From positions 1-59,787 of the forward strand of contig JAQUYG010000004.1 of NCBI GenBank assembly GCA_028691985.1: a DNA stretch of 59,787 nucleotides. The letters are read 5' to 3'. Positions within the stretch are counted from its first letter, which is position 1. Each line of letters opens with the position of its first letter. Source of the stretch: Minisyncoccota bacterium (GTDB taxonomy: Bacteria; Patescibacteriota; Minisyncoccia; JAHIHE01; JAGLIN01). The position numbers and the translations under genes were made by a program. The notes beneath the pieces were generated by a model that had not been told where the DNA came from, made no database searches, and worked only from the letters and a program-made list of their open reading frames with translations. Shown piece after piece: positions 28,431 through 36,506 of the stretch.

Positions 28431-28602
28431 TAGAAGTAATCGGAATGTCCACCAAACATTCTGGAGCAATCCACCGCAAGGCCAAGCTTCGAAACAATTA
28501 GAAAGATGCCGAGATTTATTTTTCGGAATTTGGGTGGAACCGCCTGAAGAAGGATTTATCCTCAAAGGGTCCCAAAGCACAAGTATTTCTTGGGCTTTTT
28601 TT
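28431..28602 (+). promoter_or_regulatory. T-box riboswitch leader (candidate Thr specifier ACC)
   Basis: The T-box core is AATTTGGGTGGAACCGCC (28526-28544). The canonical antiterminator can be drawn: helix A1 TTTGGG (28529-34) / CCCAAA (28571-76), 7-nt bulge TGGAACC, helix A2 GCC/GGT. An alternative weak terminator is CCCAA/TTGGG plus a T7 run (28596-28602). ACC lies in the loop of GAATG/CATTC at 28451-53. The element is upstream of thrS. Confidence 0.7.
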
Positions 28603-28630
28603 GTTATTTAAAAACAAAATCGTATTCATA

Positions 28631-28741
28631 CGCGGAGTAGCAGGTTTTAACCTGCGCGGTTATCTCAAGCCAATAAACACACTACATATTTTGTTATCCC
28701 CATATTAGATAGCAGTGCAGACTAAAGTCTGCTACTCCGCG
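28631..28741. repeat. REPIN-like doublet, copy a
   Basis: CGCGGAGTAGCAGGTTTTAACCTGCGCGG ... GCAGTGCAGACTAAAGTCTGCTACTCCGCG. The termini are a 14-bp inverted repeat and each arm carries its own hairpin. Confidence 0.75.
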
Positions 28742-28779
28742 TAATATAAAGTTTTAAAAAATTAATTAACAACAAACCT

Positions 28780-30510
28780 ATGAACGAACAAGAAAAACTG
28801 GAAATCAAAAGACACTCCCTCGCCCACATCTTGGCGACTGCTGTCTTGGAAATGTTTCCAGAGGCAAAATTCGGTGTCGGCCCCGCCATCGAAAACGGAT
28901 TTTACTATGACTTCGACCTGCCAAGGACTCTGATTCCAGAAGACCTGCCAATTCTCGAAAAGAAGATGAAGGAGATTATCAAGCAAAATCTGCCTTTCGA
29001 AAGAGAGGAAATCAAAAGAGAAAAAGCTCTGGAGCTTTTTGAGAAAGCCGGACAAATTTATAAAGTGGAAATTCTGGGCGAAGAAGCTAATGAAGAAAAA
29101 GTTACTGTCTACCGTACCGGCAGCTTTGTCGATCTCTGCCGCGGTCCGCACATCGACTCGACCGGCGAAATTGATTTTACTTCTTTCAAACTCACCAAAA
29201 CTTCCGCGGCATATTGGCGGGGCGACGAGAAAAATAAGATGCTGCAAAGGATTTACGCTGTTGCTTTTGAGAATAAAACACAGTTAAAAGAATATGAAGC
29301 GCAGTTAATCGAAGCCGAGAAACGGGATCATAAAAAATTGGGGCGCGAACTCGATCTTTTCTCCTTTCACCCCGAAGCTCCAGGTTCAGCTTTCTGGCAT
29401 CCCAGAGGAATGATTATCTGGAATGAATTGGAAAAATTCGGCAAAAGCATACGCAAGAAATATGGCTCCGTAGAAATCCAAACACCACAACTTGCCAAGA
29501 AGGTCCTATGGGAAACTTCCGGGCACTGGGATCATTATCAAGAGGATATGTTTTCGTTCAAAGTGGAAAACGAAACCTACTGCCTTAAGCCTATGGACTG
29601 TCCTTTTAACATCAAAATCTATCAGACCAAGCAACGCTCCTACAAAGAACTGCCCATCCGCTACACTGAAATCGGACGGGTGATGCGAAACGAAAAGTCC
29701 GGACAACTCAATGGTCTCTTCCGCGTGCGTGCCATCACCCAGGACGATTCCCATATACTTCTTATGGAAAATCAGATAGAAGAAGAGATCAGAACCCTGC
29801 TCAAGATGGTAAAGGAATATTTCAATGTATTCGACATCAAACCGGAATTCTTCCTCTCTACCCGCCCCGACGATTTCATGGGAGAAACCTCTACATGGGA
29901 AAAAGCGGAGAAAGATCTCCGCGATGCGCTCGCAAAAGAAAATATCGAATACGGCCTCAAAGATAAGGATGGCGCATTCTACGGTCCTAAGATAGACATC
30001 AATATCAAGGATGCTATCGGACGCAGCTGGCAGCTGGCCACCATCCAACTCGATTTCCAGCTTCCGGGCAGATTCGATATGGAATATATCGACGCAGACG
30101 GCGGCAAGAAAACCCCGGTGATGATCCATGCCGCTATCTTTGGCTCGCTAGAAAGATTTATCGGCATCCTTATAGAACACACCGGCGGCAACTTCCCACT
30201 CTGGATCTCCCCTGTCCAAGTAAAACTCTTGCCTGTTTCCTCGGAAAAGCATATTGGATATACGCAGAAAATTTTTGATATACTTGCCAACGAAGACATC
30301 CGTGTGGAAATCGACGATAGCAACGAGAGTATCGGCAAGAAAATCCGCGAGGCGGAAAAAGAAAAGATTCCATATATGCTGGTGCTGGGCGACAAAGAAA
30401 TCGAAGACGGTGCCGTAGCTGTCCGCTCCAAAGGCTCACGCGACATCGTGGCAATGAAAGTAGAAGAGTTCTTGCAGAAAATCAAGGGAGAAGTTAAAAA
30501 CAAGAAGTAA
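28780..30510 (+). CDS. thrS: Threonyl-tRNA synthetase, short N-terminus (no TGS domain)
   Basis: 576-aa ORF. It starts in the second additional domain (RHSLAHILA). Class II motifs are FRVRAITQDDSHI and PVMIHAAIFGSLERF, followed by an anticodon-binding domain. Confidence 0.93.
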   Translation: MNEQEKLEIKRHSLAHILATAVLEMFPEAKFGVGPAIENGFYYDFDLPRTLIPEDLPILEKKMKEIIKQNLPFEREEIKREKALELFEKAGQIYKVEILGEEANEEKVTVYRTGSFVDLCRGPHIDSTGEIDFTSFKLTKTSAAYWRGDEKNKMLQRIYAVAFENKTQLKEYEAQLIEAEKRDHKKLGRELDLFSFHPEAPGSAFWHPRGMIIWNELEKFGKSIRKKYGSVEIQTPQLAKKVLWETSGHWDHYQEDMFSFKVENETYCLKPMDCPFNIKIYQTKQRSYKELPIRYTEIGRVMRNEKSGQLNGLFRVRAITQDDSHILLMENQIEEEIRTLLKMVKEYFNVFDIKPEFFLSTRPDDFMGETSTWEKAEKDLRDALAKENIEYGLKDKDGAFYGPKIDINIKDAIGRSWQLATIQLDFQLPGRFDMEYIDADGGKKTPVMIHAAIFGSLERFIGILIEHTGGNFPLWISPVQVKLLPVSSEKHIGYTQKIFDILANEDIRVEIDDSNESIGKKIREAEKEKIPYMLVLGDKEIEDGAVAVRSKGSRDIVAMKVEEFLQKIKGEVKNKK

Positions 30511-30535
30511 AAAAAATTCAATTTTAAGTTAGAAT

Positions 30536-30562
30536 AAAGCCTTTTTCGAGGCTTTATTTTTT
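30536..30562 (+). terminator. Rho-independent terminator after thrS
   Basis: AAAGCC-TTTTTCGA-GGCTTT followed by ATTTTTT. Confidence 0.7.
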
Positions 30563-30871
30563 GTTATTGACAAGATAATTTAAAGTAGTATTTTAGGAAT
30601 ATATATAATAGAAAACAAAAAAAATGGAGCGATAAAAAGTGCCAAGACCCTCGTATGATTCACTTACTTTTGGAGTAGAGACTGGACTTGAAGATGAACC
30701 AGAAACAAAAGACCAAAGTAAACCGGATGAAGTAAATTAATTATATTTTAATTACTTCTTTTTTTTATTTCATAATATAGCATACATCAAAACGCATAAT
30801 ACCTATAGAAGCAAATTCTTGCTCAAAACATCTTTTTTTGTTACTGTTCTAGGGTAATATCAAGCTAGATT

Positions 30872-32143
30872 ATGAAATATTTTATACAAATTTACGGTTG
30901 CCAGATGAATTATGCCGATGCTGAGCGGGTTTCTGGCGTACTGGAAAGCCTCGGATACGATAAAACCTCCAAGGAAAGCGAGGCGGATTTGGTCGTATTC
31001 GTAGCCTGCGCGGTAAGAGAATCAGCCGTCAATCGACTCTATGGCAACGGCAAGAAATTTAAAAGATACCGCCTGCACAATCCTAATTTCAAAGCAGTCC
31101 TGACCGGATGCGTGGTCAAAAAAGACAGAGAAAAACTAGAGAAAATTTTTGATATTATTATAGACATCAAAAATATAAATGAGCTTCCAGAAAAATTAGG
31201 AATAAAGAATACTGATAATGAGAAAAGCCTTGATTATTTCCAAATCAAGCCAGAACACGAAAGCCCTTTCACTGCCTATGTGCCGATCATGACTGGTTGC
31301 AATAATTTCTGCTCCTACTGCATAGTCCCCTACACGCGCGGAAGAGAATATTCGAGGCCGGCGCAAGAGGTTCTCAATGAAATCACCGAGCTTGTCCGAA
31401 AAGGATATAAAGAAATAATCTTATTGGGCCAAAATGTAAATTCATATCGCCCCGACGAAACAACCGACTTCCCTGCTCTTCTTGGAAAAATTAACGAGAT
31501 CGAAGGAGACTTCTGGGTCAGGTTCCTGACCAGCCACCCTAAAGATATGAGCATCAGATTGATCGAATCGGTAAAGAGTCTACCAAAATGCGCCAACCAC
31601 ATCCATCTGGCTTTACAATCAGGAAACGATGAAATCCTTGAAAAGATGAATCGAAAATATACGAAAGAACATTTTTTAGGACTGGTAAAAAATATACGGG
31701 AAGCTATTCCAGATATAATGCTGACTACTGACATTATTGTCGGTTTTCCAGGAGAGACGGAAAAACAATTTTTGGAAACAGGCAAACTTATGCGACTGGC
31801 AAAATTCGACATAGCCTATATCAATCAATATTCCCCGCGCGCCGGCACAGCCTCATTCGAAATGCCGGATGATGTGAGCGCCGGAGAGAAGAAACAACGC
31901 GAAAAAGCTCTTAACGACCTCCTCCGAGAAACGGCACTCGAAAATAATAAGCGATATATGGGAAGAAAAATCGAAGTATTAATAGAGAAAGAAAATGAAA
32001 AATATTATTTCGGCAAAACTAGAAGCTTCAAAGACATAAAGATCAGAAAAGGCGAAATCGACACATGCGCTATCGGCAAATTCACAAAAGCACAAGTCAC
32101 CAAAGTCACACCATGGGCGCTGGAAGGAACACTTGTAGAATAA
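30872..32143 (+). CDS. miaB: Radical-SAM methylthiotransferase, MiaB-like
   Basis: 423-aa ORF: N-terminal IQIYGCQMNYAD, radical-SAM motif CNNFCSYCIVP, C-terminal TRAM. Adjacency to miaA supports the MiaB assignment. Confidence 0.8.
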   Translation: MKYFIQIYGCQMNYADAERVSGVLESLGYDKTSKESEADLVVFVACAVRESAVNRLYGNGKKFKRYRLHNPNFKAVLTGCVVKKDREKLEKIFDIIIDIKNINELPEKLGIKNTDNEKSLDYFQIKPEHESPFTAYVPIMTGCNNFCSYCIVPYTRGREYSRPAQEVLNEITELVRKGYKEIILLGQNVNSYRPDETTDFPALLGKINEIEGDFWVRFLTSHPKDMSIRLIESVKSLPKCANHIHLALQSGNDEILEKMNRKYTKEHFLGLVKNIREAIPDIMLTTDIIVGFPGETEKQFLETGKLMRLAKFDIAYINQYSPRAGTASFEMPDDVSAGEKKQREKALNDLLRETALENNKRYMGRKIEVLIEKENEKYYFGKTRSFKDIKIRKGEIDTCAIGKFTKAQVTKVTPWALEGTLVE

Positions 32144-32152
32144 TTTTTAGCC

Positions 32153-32238
32153 GTCATCCTGAGTGCAGCGGAGCGAAACGAAGGATCCCGTTGCTACGCG
32201 GGATAAAACGGGATCCTTCGGAGTACCTCAGGATGACA
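32153..32238. repeat. Family-2 repeat, complete palindromic form
   Basis: Outer arms GTCATCCTGAG / CTCAGGATGAC and inner arms CGAAGGATCCCG / CGGGATCCTTCG. It fills most of the miaB-miaA spacer. Confidence 0.8.
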
Positions 32239-32257
32239 GCCAATATAAGATTTAAAT

Positions 32258-33187
32258 ATGCCAAACCTCAAACCTCTTGTCGTCATCCTCGGCCCCACTG
32301 CTTCCGGCAAAACCGGACTAGCTTTGAAATTAGCAAAGGAATTCTATGGAGAGCTCATAAATGCCGATTCCAGACAGATTTATAAAGAAATGGATATTGC
32401 TACCAATAAGCTCGAAAAAAACGCCACAAGAGATACCGTGGAGGATGAGATAGTCTATATTATCGACAAAATATCTCTCCATCTGCTCGACCTAATAAAT
32501 CCAAACGAAAATTTTTCGCTTGCTGATTACAAAAGACTGGCGCTTCAAAAAATAGAAGAGGTGCAAAATCATGGCAAGCTTCCAATTTTAGTCGGCGGCA
32601 CAGGACTCTATATCAGTTCAATCGTAGATAATCTGGATATACCGGAAGCTCCTCCTGATAAAAAGTTACGGGCAGAGCTTGGAGATAAAAGCACGAAAGA
32701 ACTTTTTAACGAACTACAAAATGTAGACCCCTTATCAGCAAAAACTATCGGTCCGGATAATAAACGGAAAATAATCAGAGCATTAGAAGTCTATAAAATC
32801 ACTGGAAAGCCTTTTTCCGCCCAACAAAAAAAAGGCAAACCGCTTTTCGATATTCTTCAAATCGGCATCGAAATAGAACGAAAAGAATTGTATGCAAAAA
32901 TCGATAAAAGAGTAGATAAGATGATAGAGGCAGGACTCATAGATGAAACAAAAAGACTTACAAAGAGATATAATCCCGATCTACCCGCTATGAGCGGCAT
33001 CGGTTATAAAGAAATCAATTCATATCTGCGACAAGAAATTACACTTGAAGAAGCGATCCAACAGATAAAATGGCGCACTCATCAATACGCCCGTAGACAA
33101 ATTACATGGTTCAAAAGAGATGAGAGAATTCATTGGGTAAAAAATTATAAAGAAGCAGAAGAATTAATCAAAAACTTTATAAAATAA
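32258..33187 (+). CDS. miaA: tRNA dimethylallyltransferase
   Basis: 309-aa ORF: P-loop GPTASGKT, INADSRQIYKEMDI, VGGTGLY. Confidence 0.92.
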   Translation: MPNLKPLVVILGPTASGKTGLALKLAKEFYGELINADSRQIYKEMDIATNKLEKNATRDTVEDEIVYIIDKISLHLLDLINPNENFSLADYKRLALQKIEEVQNHGKLPILVGGTGLYISSIVDNLDIPEAPPDKKLRAELGDKSTKELFNELQNVDPLSAKTIGPDNKRKIIRALEVYKITGKPFSAQQKKGKPLFDILQIGIEIERKELYAKIDKRVDKMIEAGLIDETKRLTKRYNPDLPAMSGIGYKEINSYLRQEITLEEAIQQIKWRTHQYARRQITWFKRDERIHWVKNYKEAEELIKNFIK

Positions 33188-33232
33188 AACAGCTGATTGC
33201 TGTTTCTTATTCTTTCATTCTGAGTATTTTTT

Positions 33233-33316
33233 GGAGTAGCCAACTTCAGTCTGCGCGCATTTATGGGAATATTATTATTACATAAGACAGCAGCGCAGGT
33301 TGAAACCTGCTACTCC
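33233..33316. repeat. REPIN-like doublet, copy b (shortened spacer)
   Basis: GGAGTAGCCAACTTCAGTCTGCGCGC ... CAGCAGCGCAGGTTGAAACCTGCTACTCC. Confidence 0.7.
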
Positions 33317-33357
33317 GTGATCAAAAAAGGACTATCTTTTTTGTTTTTTCTGAAAAA

Positions 33358-36081
33358 TTAATTCATCGCCTCATAACTATCCTGCTCGGGTTTGTTGATT
33401 TCATAAACGGAATCGGGGTCGTAAGTTGTTGAAGTGCCTAACGGCTTTCTCTTTCCTGCATCGCCATCTGAAAATAGTTGATAGATGATAGAATCAAAGG
33501 CTTCTTTGATAAGATTGGAAGTGATGAATTGATCTAATTGTGATTGAGATATTGTTTTAATGTTATCCCATTTAAGATGTCCATAGAGATTGAAAATATA
33601 GGGAGCTAAAATTAATCTTTTGTATTGTTTGTTATTTTTGTATTTGATGATATAAACATCGGGAGAATTGATGGTTTTGACAAGGTCGCCATCGTTCAAG
33701 GCTTGAGTGCTACTTCCTTGGTTGTTATTGTCTATTGTGTCGCTCGTATCTGTCCCCTCTCCTATGGTGCCGATTTTGTCTCCTTCACAAGTAATCACAT
33801 CCGAAACGGCTCCTTGATTGGTACGGAATTTGATGTAGAGCTTATCGGCACCGGCATATCTTTGGAGCAGTTCTTCTTTTTTGGATATATCTTCCCAAGA
33901 AGCATTGCCAAAATCAGGGATAGCAGAGATGGCTATCTGGGTAACGGTATCCGGAAGGTTGTCGAAAGAGAGGGTGCCATTATCAAGGAAGGTAATAGCG
34001 AGATCGGAAAGGGTGGGTTTGGCAGGAGGAAGAGAGAGACCACCACAATCTATTATAAATCCGAAAGCGCTGGAATCAATAAAATCGCCATTATTGTTCA
34101 CAGCTCTTACATACCAACTATGGCCTCCACAAGAAAGATAGTGAGAAGAAATAGCAGAAGTACTATCGACAGATATGTTATCCTGATTTAACACCCCATC
34201 GATATATAGCTGGTATTTGGCAAGACCAGATCCGCTATCAAAAGATGGATTCCAAAAAAAAGCTGGAGTAGAATTTTGTATATGGACATTATTTTGCGGA
34301 ATATTTAATCCGAATTCTTCTGGCGTCAAATCAAAACTGTCAATCAAAGTCCCATCATTTTTATAAATCACAACATTTGCTTGAGAAGGAGAAACAGAAA
34401 CCTCGGTAAAACCAGCAAAATCCCCCCTCGCGTTATCAATCGTTCCCAAGTCACCTCCATTATTTGCATAACTATCATTCCCGAACCTTCCATTTAAGAT
34501 ACAAGAACCAGTCGCAGCGGTAGGATTGGAAATATAGAAAACCCCATCTTTGACATATCTGTTATAAACATGACGATGCCCGTTGAAAAAGGCCAGAACT
34601 CCATTATTTTTTAAAATGTCGTGAAGTTCATTATAATTTGACAGCCTCCAAATGTCGGTCATGTCGGTACCTTCATCAACTCCGTAAACTAGAAAGTGAT
34701 CAAATACGAACTTATATTTTTTGTCCGTAGATTGTAAATCATCTTGAAGCCAATTTAGCTGAGCATTATCTATAGTTCCTCCATTACTATCGGCACGCGT
34801 TCCGTTTAGAACAACGAAATGAGCGTCGCCATAATCGAATGAATAGTATCTTTCTCCTCCACTTTCCGAAGCCGGCATCCCTAATTCCTGTTCATATGCA
34901 AGCATTCCGTTATCATAATAGCTCGAAGGTCCCCCATCATGATTACCCAAGACTACGAATAAAGGGATGTGATTGGTAATATCTTGCATATAATCAAAAA
35001 CGGTAGACGACCATAGCGTCTTAAAACTGTTAACCGTACCAGCAGTCTGACCATCGATGTTATCACCTACTGCCAAAATTATATCGGGACTCCTATTTTC
35101 GATTTTGGATATCGTATCAGAAAAATCACACCCCTGCATGTCGTTTATTATTCCAAAAGTAAAATCGCTACCGGATTGTAATTGAGTTTTAAAAGTAGAA
35201 TCATTGGTCGAAACCATATTTTGTGCATCATCATTTCTAGATGCAGTAATTTTATAATGATAGAGTAAAGAAGGATTCAGATCGGAGATCAATATTTCAT
35301 GATTGGCGGCACTGCTAGAAGTCACAGTATTCCCATAACTGTTATCAGGCCCATAATCTACCACAACATTGGTATATATATTTGTTTTAACCATCAAAGA
35401 AATCGAAGTCGGAGTTGGCTTTGCCAACATAACGTTCTGAATGGTGATTAGCAAATGGATGGTCGGCGGAATGCTGCTTACCAAGACATCATCCATGGAC
35501 ATCGTGGGATTGGCAGTCGATCTTGAAGTAAAACCGACTTTGAGATTACTCTCACTAGAATTAGAAGACTCGTATAGAAGAGTCCAGCTATCGCTTCCAA
35601 AAATCCCATAAACTCCACCTTGAATATAATATTTGGCCCCCGTTGTTTTTAAAACTATCGCTATTTTATAATCGGTATCCAACGACCAGCCAGAACCGAC
35701 CTCTCCTGTATTGACTCCGTTCTCAAAAATCAAAACTTTATTTCTTCCATCTTCTTCATAAAAATAAAGTCCGTATACCATGTTAGTATAGTTATAAGCA
35801 GCATCTCCGTCTTTGAATCCAAACATTACATTAGGAGAAGAATGATTAACTACCGCAGAAAAAGTAAGATTCTCAGCTCGCGTAAAATTTGTTTGACTTA
35901 CTAAGGCAGTAGTCCCCCAGCTCCCACCTCCTATTAGATTTATTTTTTCTCCGCTTTCCTGAATATTGTCACCACCTGAAGTGTCCTGTTTTATCCATTT
36001 CGAAGCGTCAAGAGAATTATCTGAAAAATCATCGCTTAGTAATGTAGCCGCCTTTGCCTCATTCCCTTTCGGCACGAACAA
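33358..36081 (-). CDS. Large secreted calcineurin-like metallophosphoesterase with additional beta-rich domains
   Basis: 907-aa ORF as tracked, starting at TTG 36081. Phosphoesterase motifs are ILAVGDNIDGQ, VVLGNHDGG and FFNGHRHVYN. The reading frame stays open upstream to 36228 and there encodes a hydrophobic h-region; see the findings for the likely true start at 36188. Confidence 0.75.
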   Translation of the reverse strand: MFVPKGNEAKAATLLSDDFSDNSLDASKWIKQDTSGGDNIQESGEKINLIGGGSWGTTALVSQTNFTRAENLTFSAVVNHSSPNVMFGFKDGDAAYNYTNMVYGLYFYEEDGRNKVLIFENGVNTGEVGSGWSLDTDYKIAIVLKTTGAKYYIQGGVYGIFGSDSWTLLYESSNSSESNLKVGFTSRSTANPTMSMDDVLVSSIPPTIHLLITIQNVMLAKPTPTSISLMVKTNIYTNVVVDYGPDNSYGNTVTSSSAANHEILISDLNPSLLYHYKITASRNDDAQNMVSTNDSTFKTQLQSGSDFTFGIINDMQGCDFSDTISKIENRSPDIILAVGDNIDGQTAGTVNSFKTLWSSTVFDYMQDITNHIPLFVVLGNHDGGPSSYYDNGMLAYEQELGMPASESGGERYYSFDYGDAHFVVLNGTRADSNGGTIDNAQLNWLQDDLQSTDKKYKFVFDHFLVYGVDEGTDMTDIWRLSNYNELHDILKNNGVLAFFNGHRHVYNRYVKDGVFYISNPTAATGSCILNGRFGNDSYANNGGDLGTIDNARGDFAGFTEVSVSPSQANVVIYKNDGTLIDSFDLTPEEFGLNIPQNNVHIQNSTPAFFWNPSFDSGSGLAKYQLYIDGVLNQDNISVDSTSAISSHYLSCGGHSWYVRAVNNNGDFIDSSAFGFIIDCGGLSLPPAKPTLSDLAITFLDNGTLSFDNLPDTVTQIAISAIPDFGNASWEDISKKEELLQRYAGADKLYIKFRTNQGAVSDVITCEGDKIGTIGEGTDTSDTIDNNNQGSSTQALNDGDLVKTINSPDVYIIKYKNNKQYKRLILAPYIFNLYGHLKWDNIKTISQSQLDQFITSNLIKEAFDSIIYQLFSDGDAGKRKPLGTSTTYDPDSVYEINKPEQDSYEAMN

Positions 36082-36134
36082 AAAAATCCCCGCTATCGAC
36101 TGGAAGAGGATAGAAAGGACGAGAAAAGAAGAAG

Positions 36135-36188
36135 TCAGTTTTTTGTAGAATGATTTTTTGAGATGGATTTTTGGGACTGAGATTTCAT
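36135..36188 (-). other. 17-codon ORF (MKSQSQKSISKNHSTKN) that would supply the start codon and n-region of the metallophosphoesterase signal peptide after a -1 shift
   Basis: ATG at 36188. The ORF ends in ACA AAA AAC TGA. The -1 frame continues KKLTSSFLVLSILFQSIAGIFLFVPKGNEAKA into the 907-aa ORF. Confidence 0.45.
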
Positions 36189-36350
36189 CGCCCCCCCCGC
36201 TGGCAATCTTTTTATACGCACAATAGAATCAACGGTATTGATTTTAGACATAATTGATGTTTTATTTTTTATATAACAAAGCTTGTTTGCATTATATATC
36301 TTTTTGAAATGTGGGGCAAATTGCCTTATACACATAAAAACACTATTTAA

Positions 36351-36454
36351 CGCGGAGTAGCGGGATTTATCTCGTGCGGCTTTCACAATCCATGCGACAT
36401 ATGCATTTGTTGTTCCTGCGTGGGACAGCAGCGCAGACTGAAGTCTGCTACTCC
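36351..36454. repeat. REPIN-like doublet, copy c
   Basis: CGCGGAGTAGCGGGATTTATCTCGTGCGG ... CAGCAGCGCAGACTGAAGTCTGCTACTCC. The reverse complement of its spacer aligns with the spacer of copy d. Confidence 0.7.
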
Positions 36455-36506
36455 ATATCAAAAAAAGAACTGTCCTCTTGATTCTATAAGTACAGTCCTT
36501 CTCGTA

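Noticed and set aside
30567-30840. A promoter-like box, a 33-codon acidic ORF (GTG 30639 to TAA 30740) and a weak hairpin between thrS and miaB
   Set aside because: The -10 box is poor (TATTTT). The ORF is short, has a GTG start and resembles nothing I recognise. The terminator stem is only 5 bp with a distant T-run. This cannot be supported from sequence alone.
36189-36461. The upstream part of the tracked 108-aa ORF 36135..36461
   Set aside because: It runs through REPIN copy c and AT-rich spacer and has no protein-like composition. Only its last 17 codons, from ATG 36188, look meaningful; see the signal-peptide finding.
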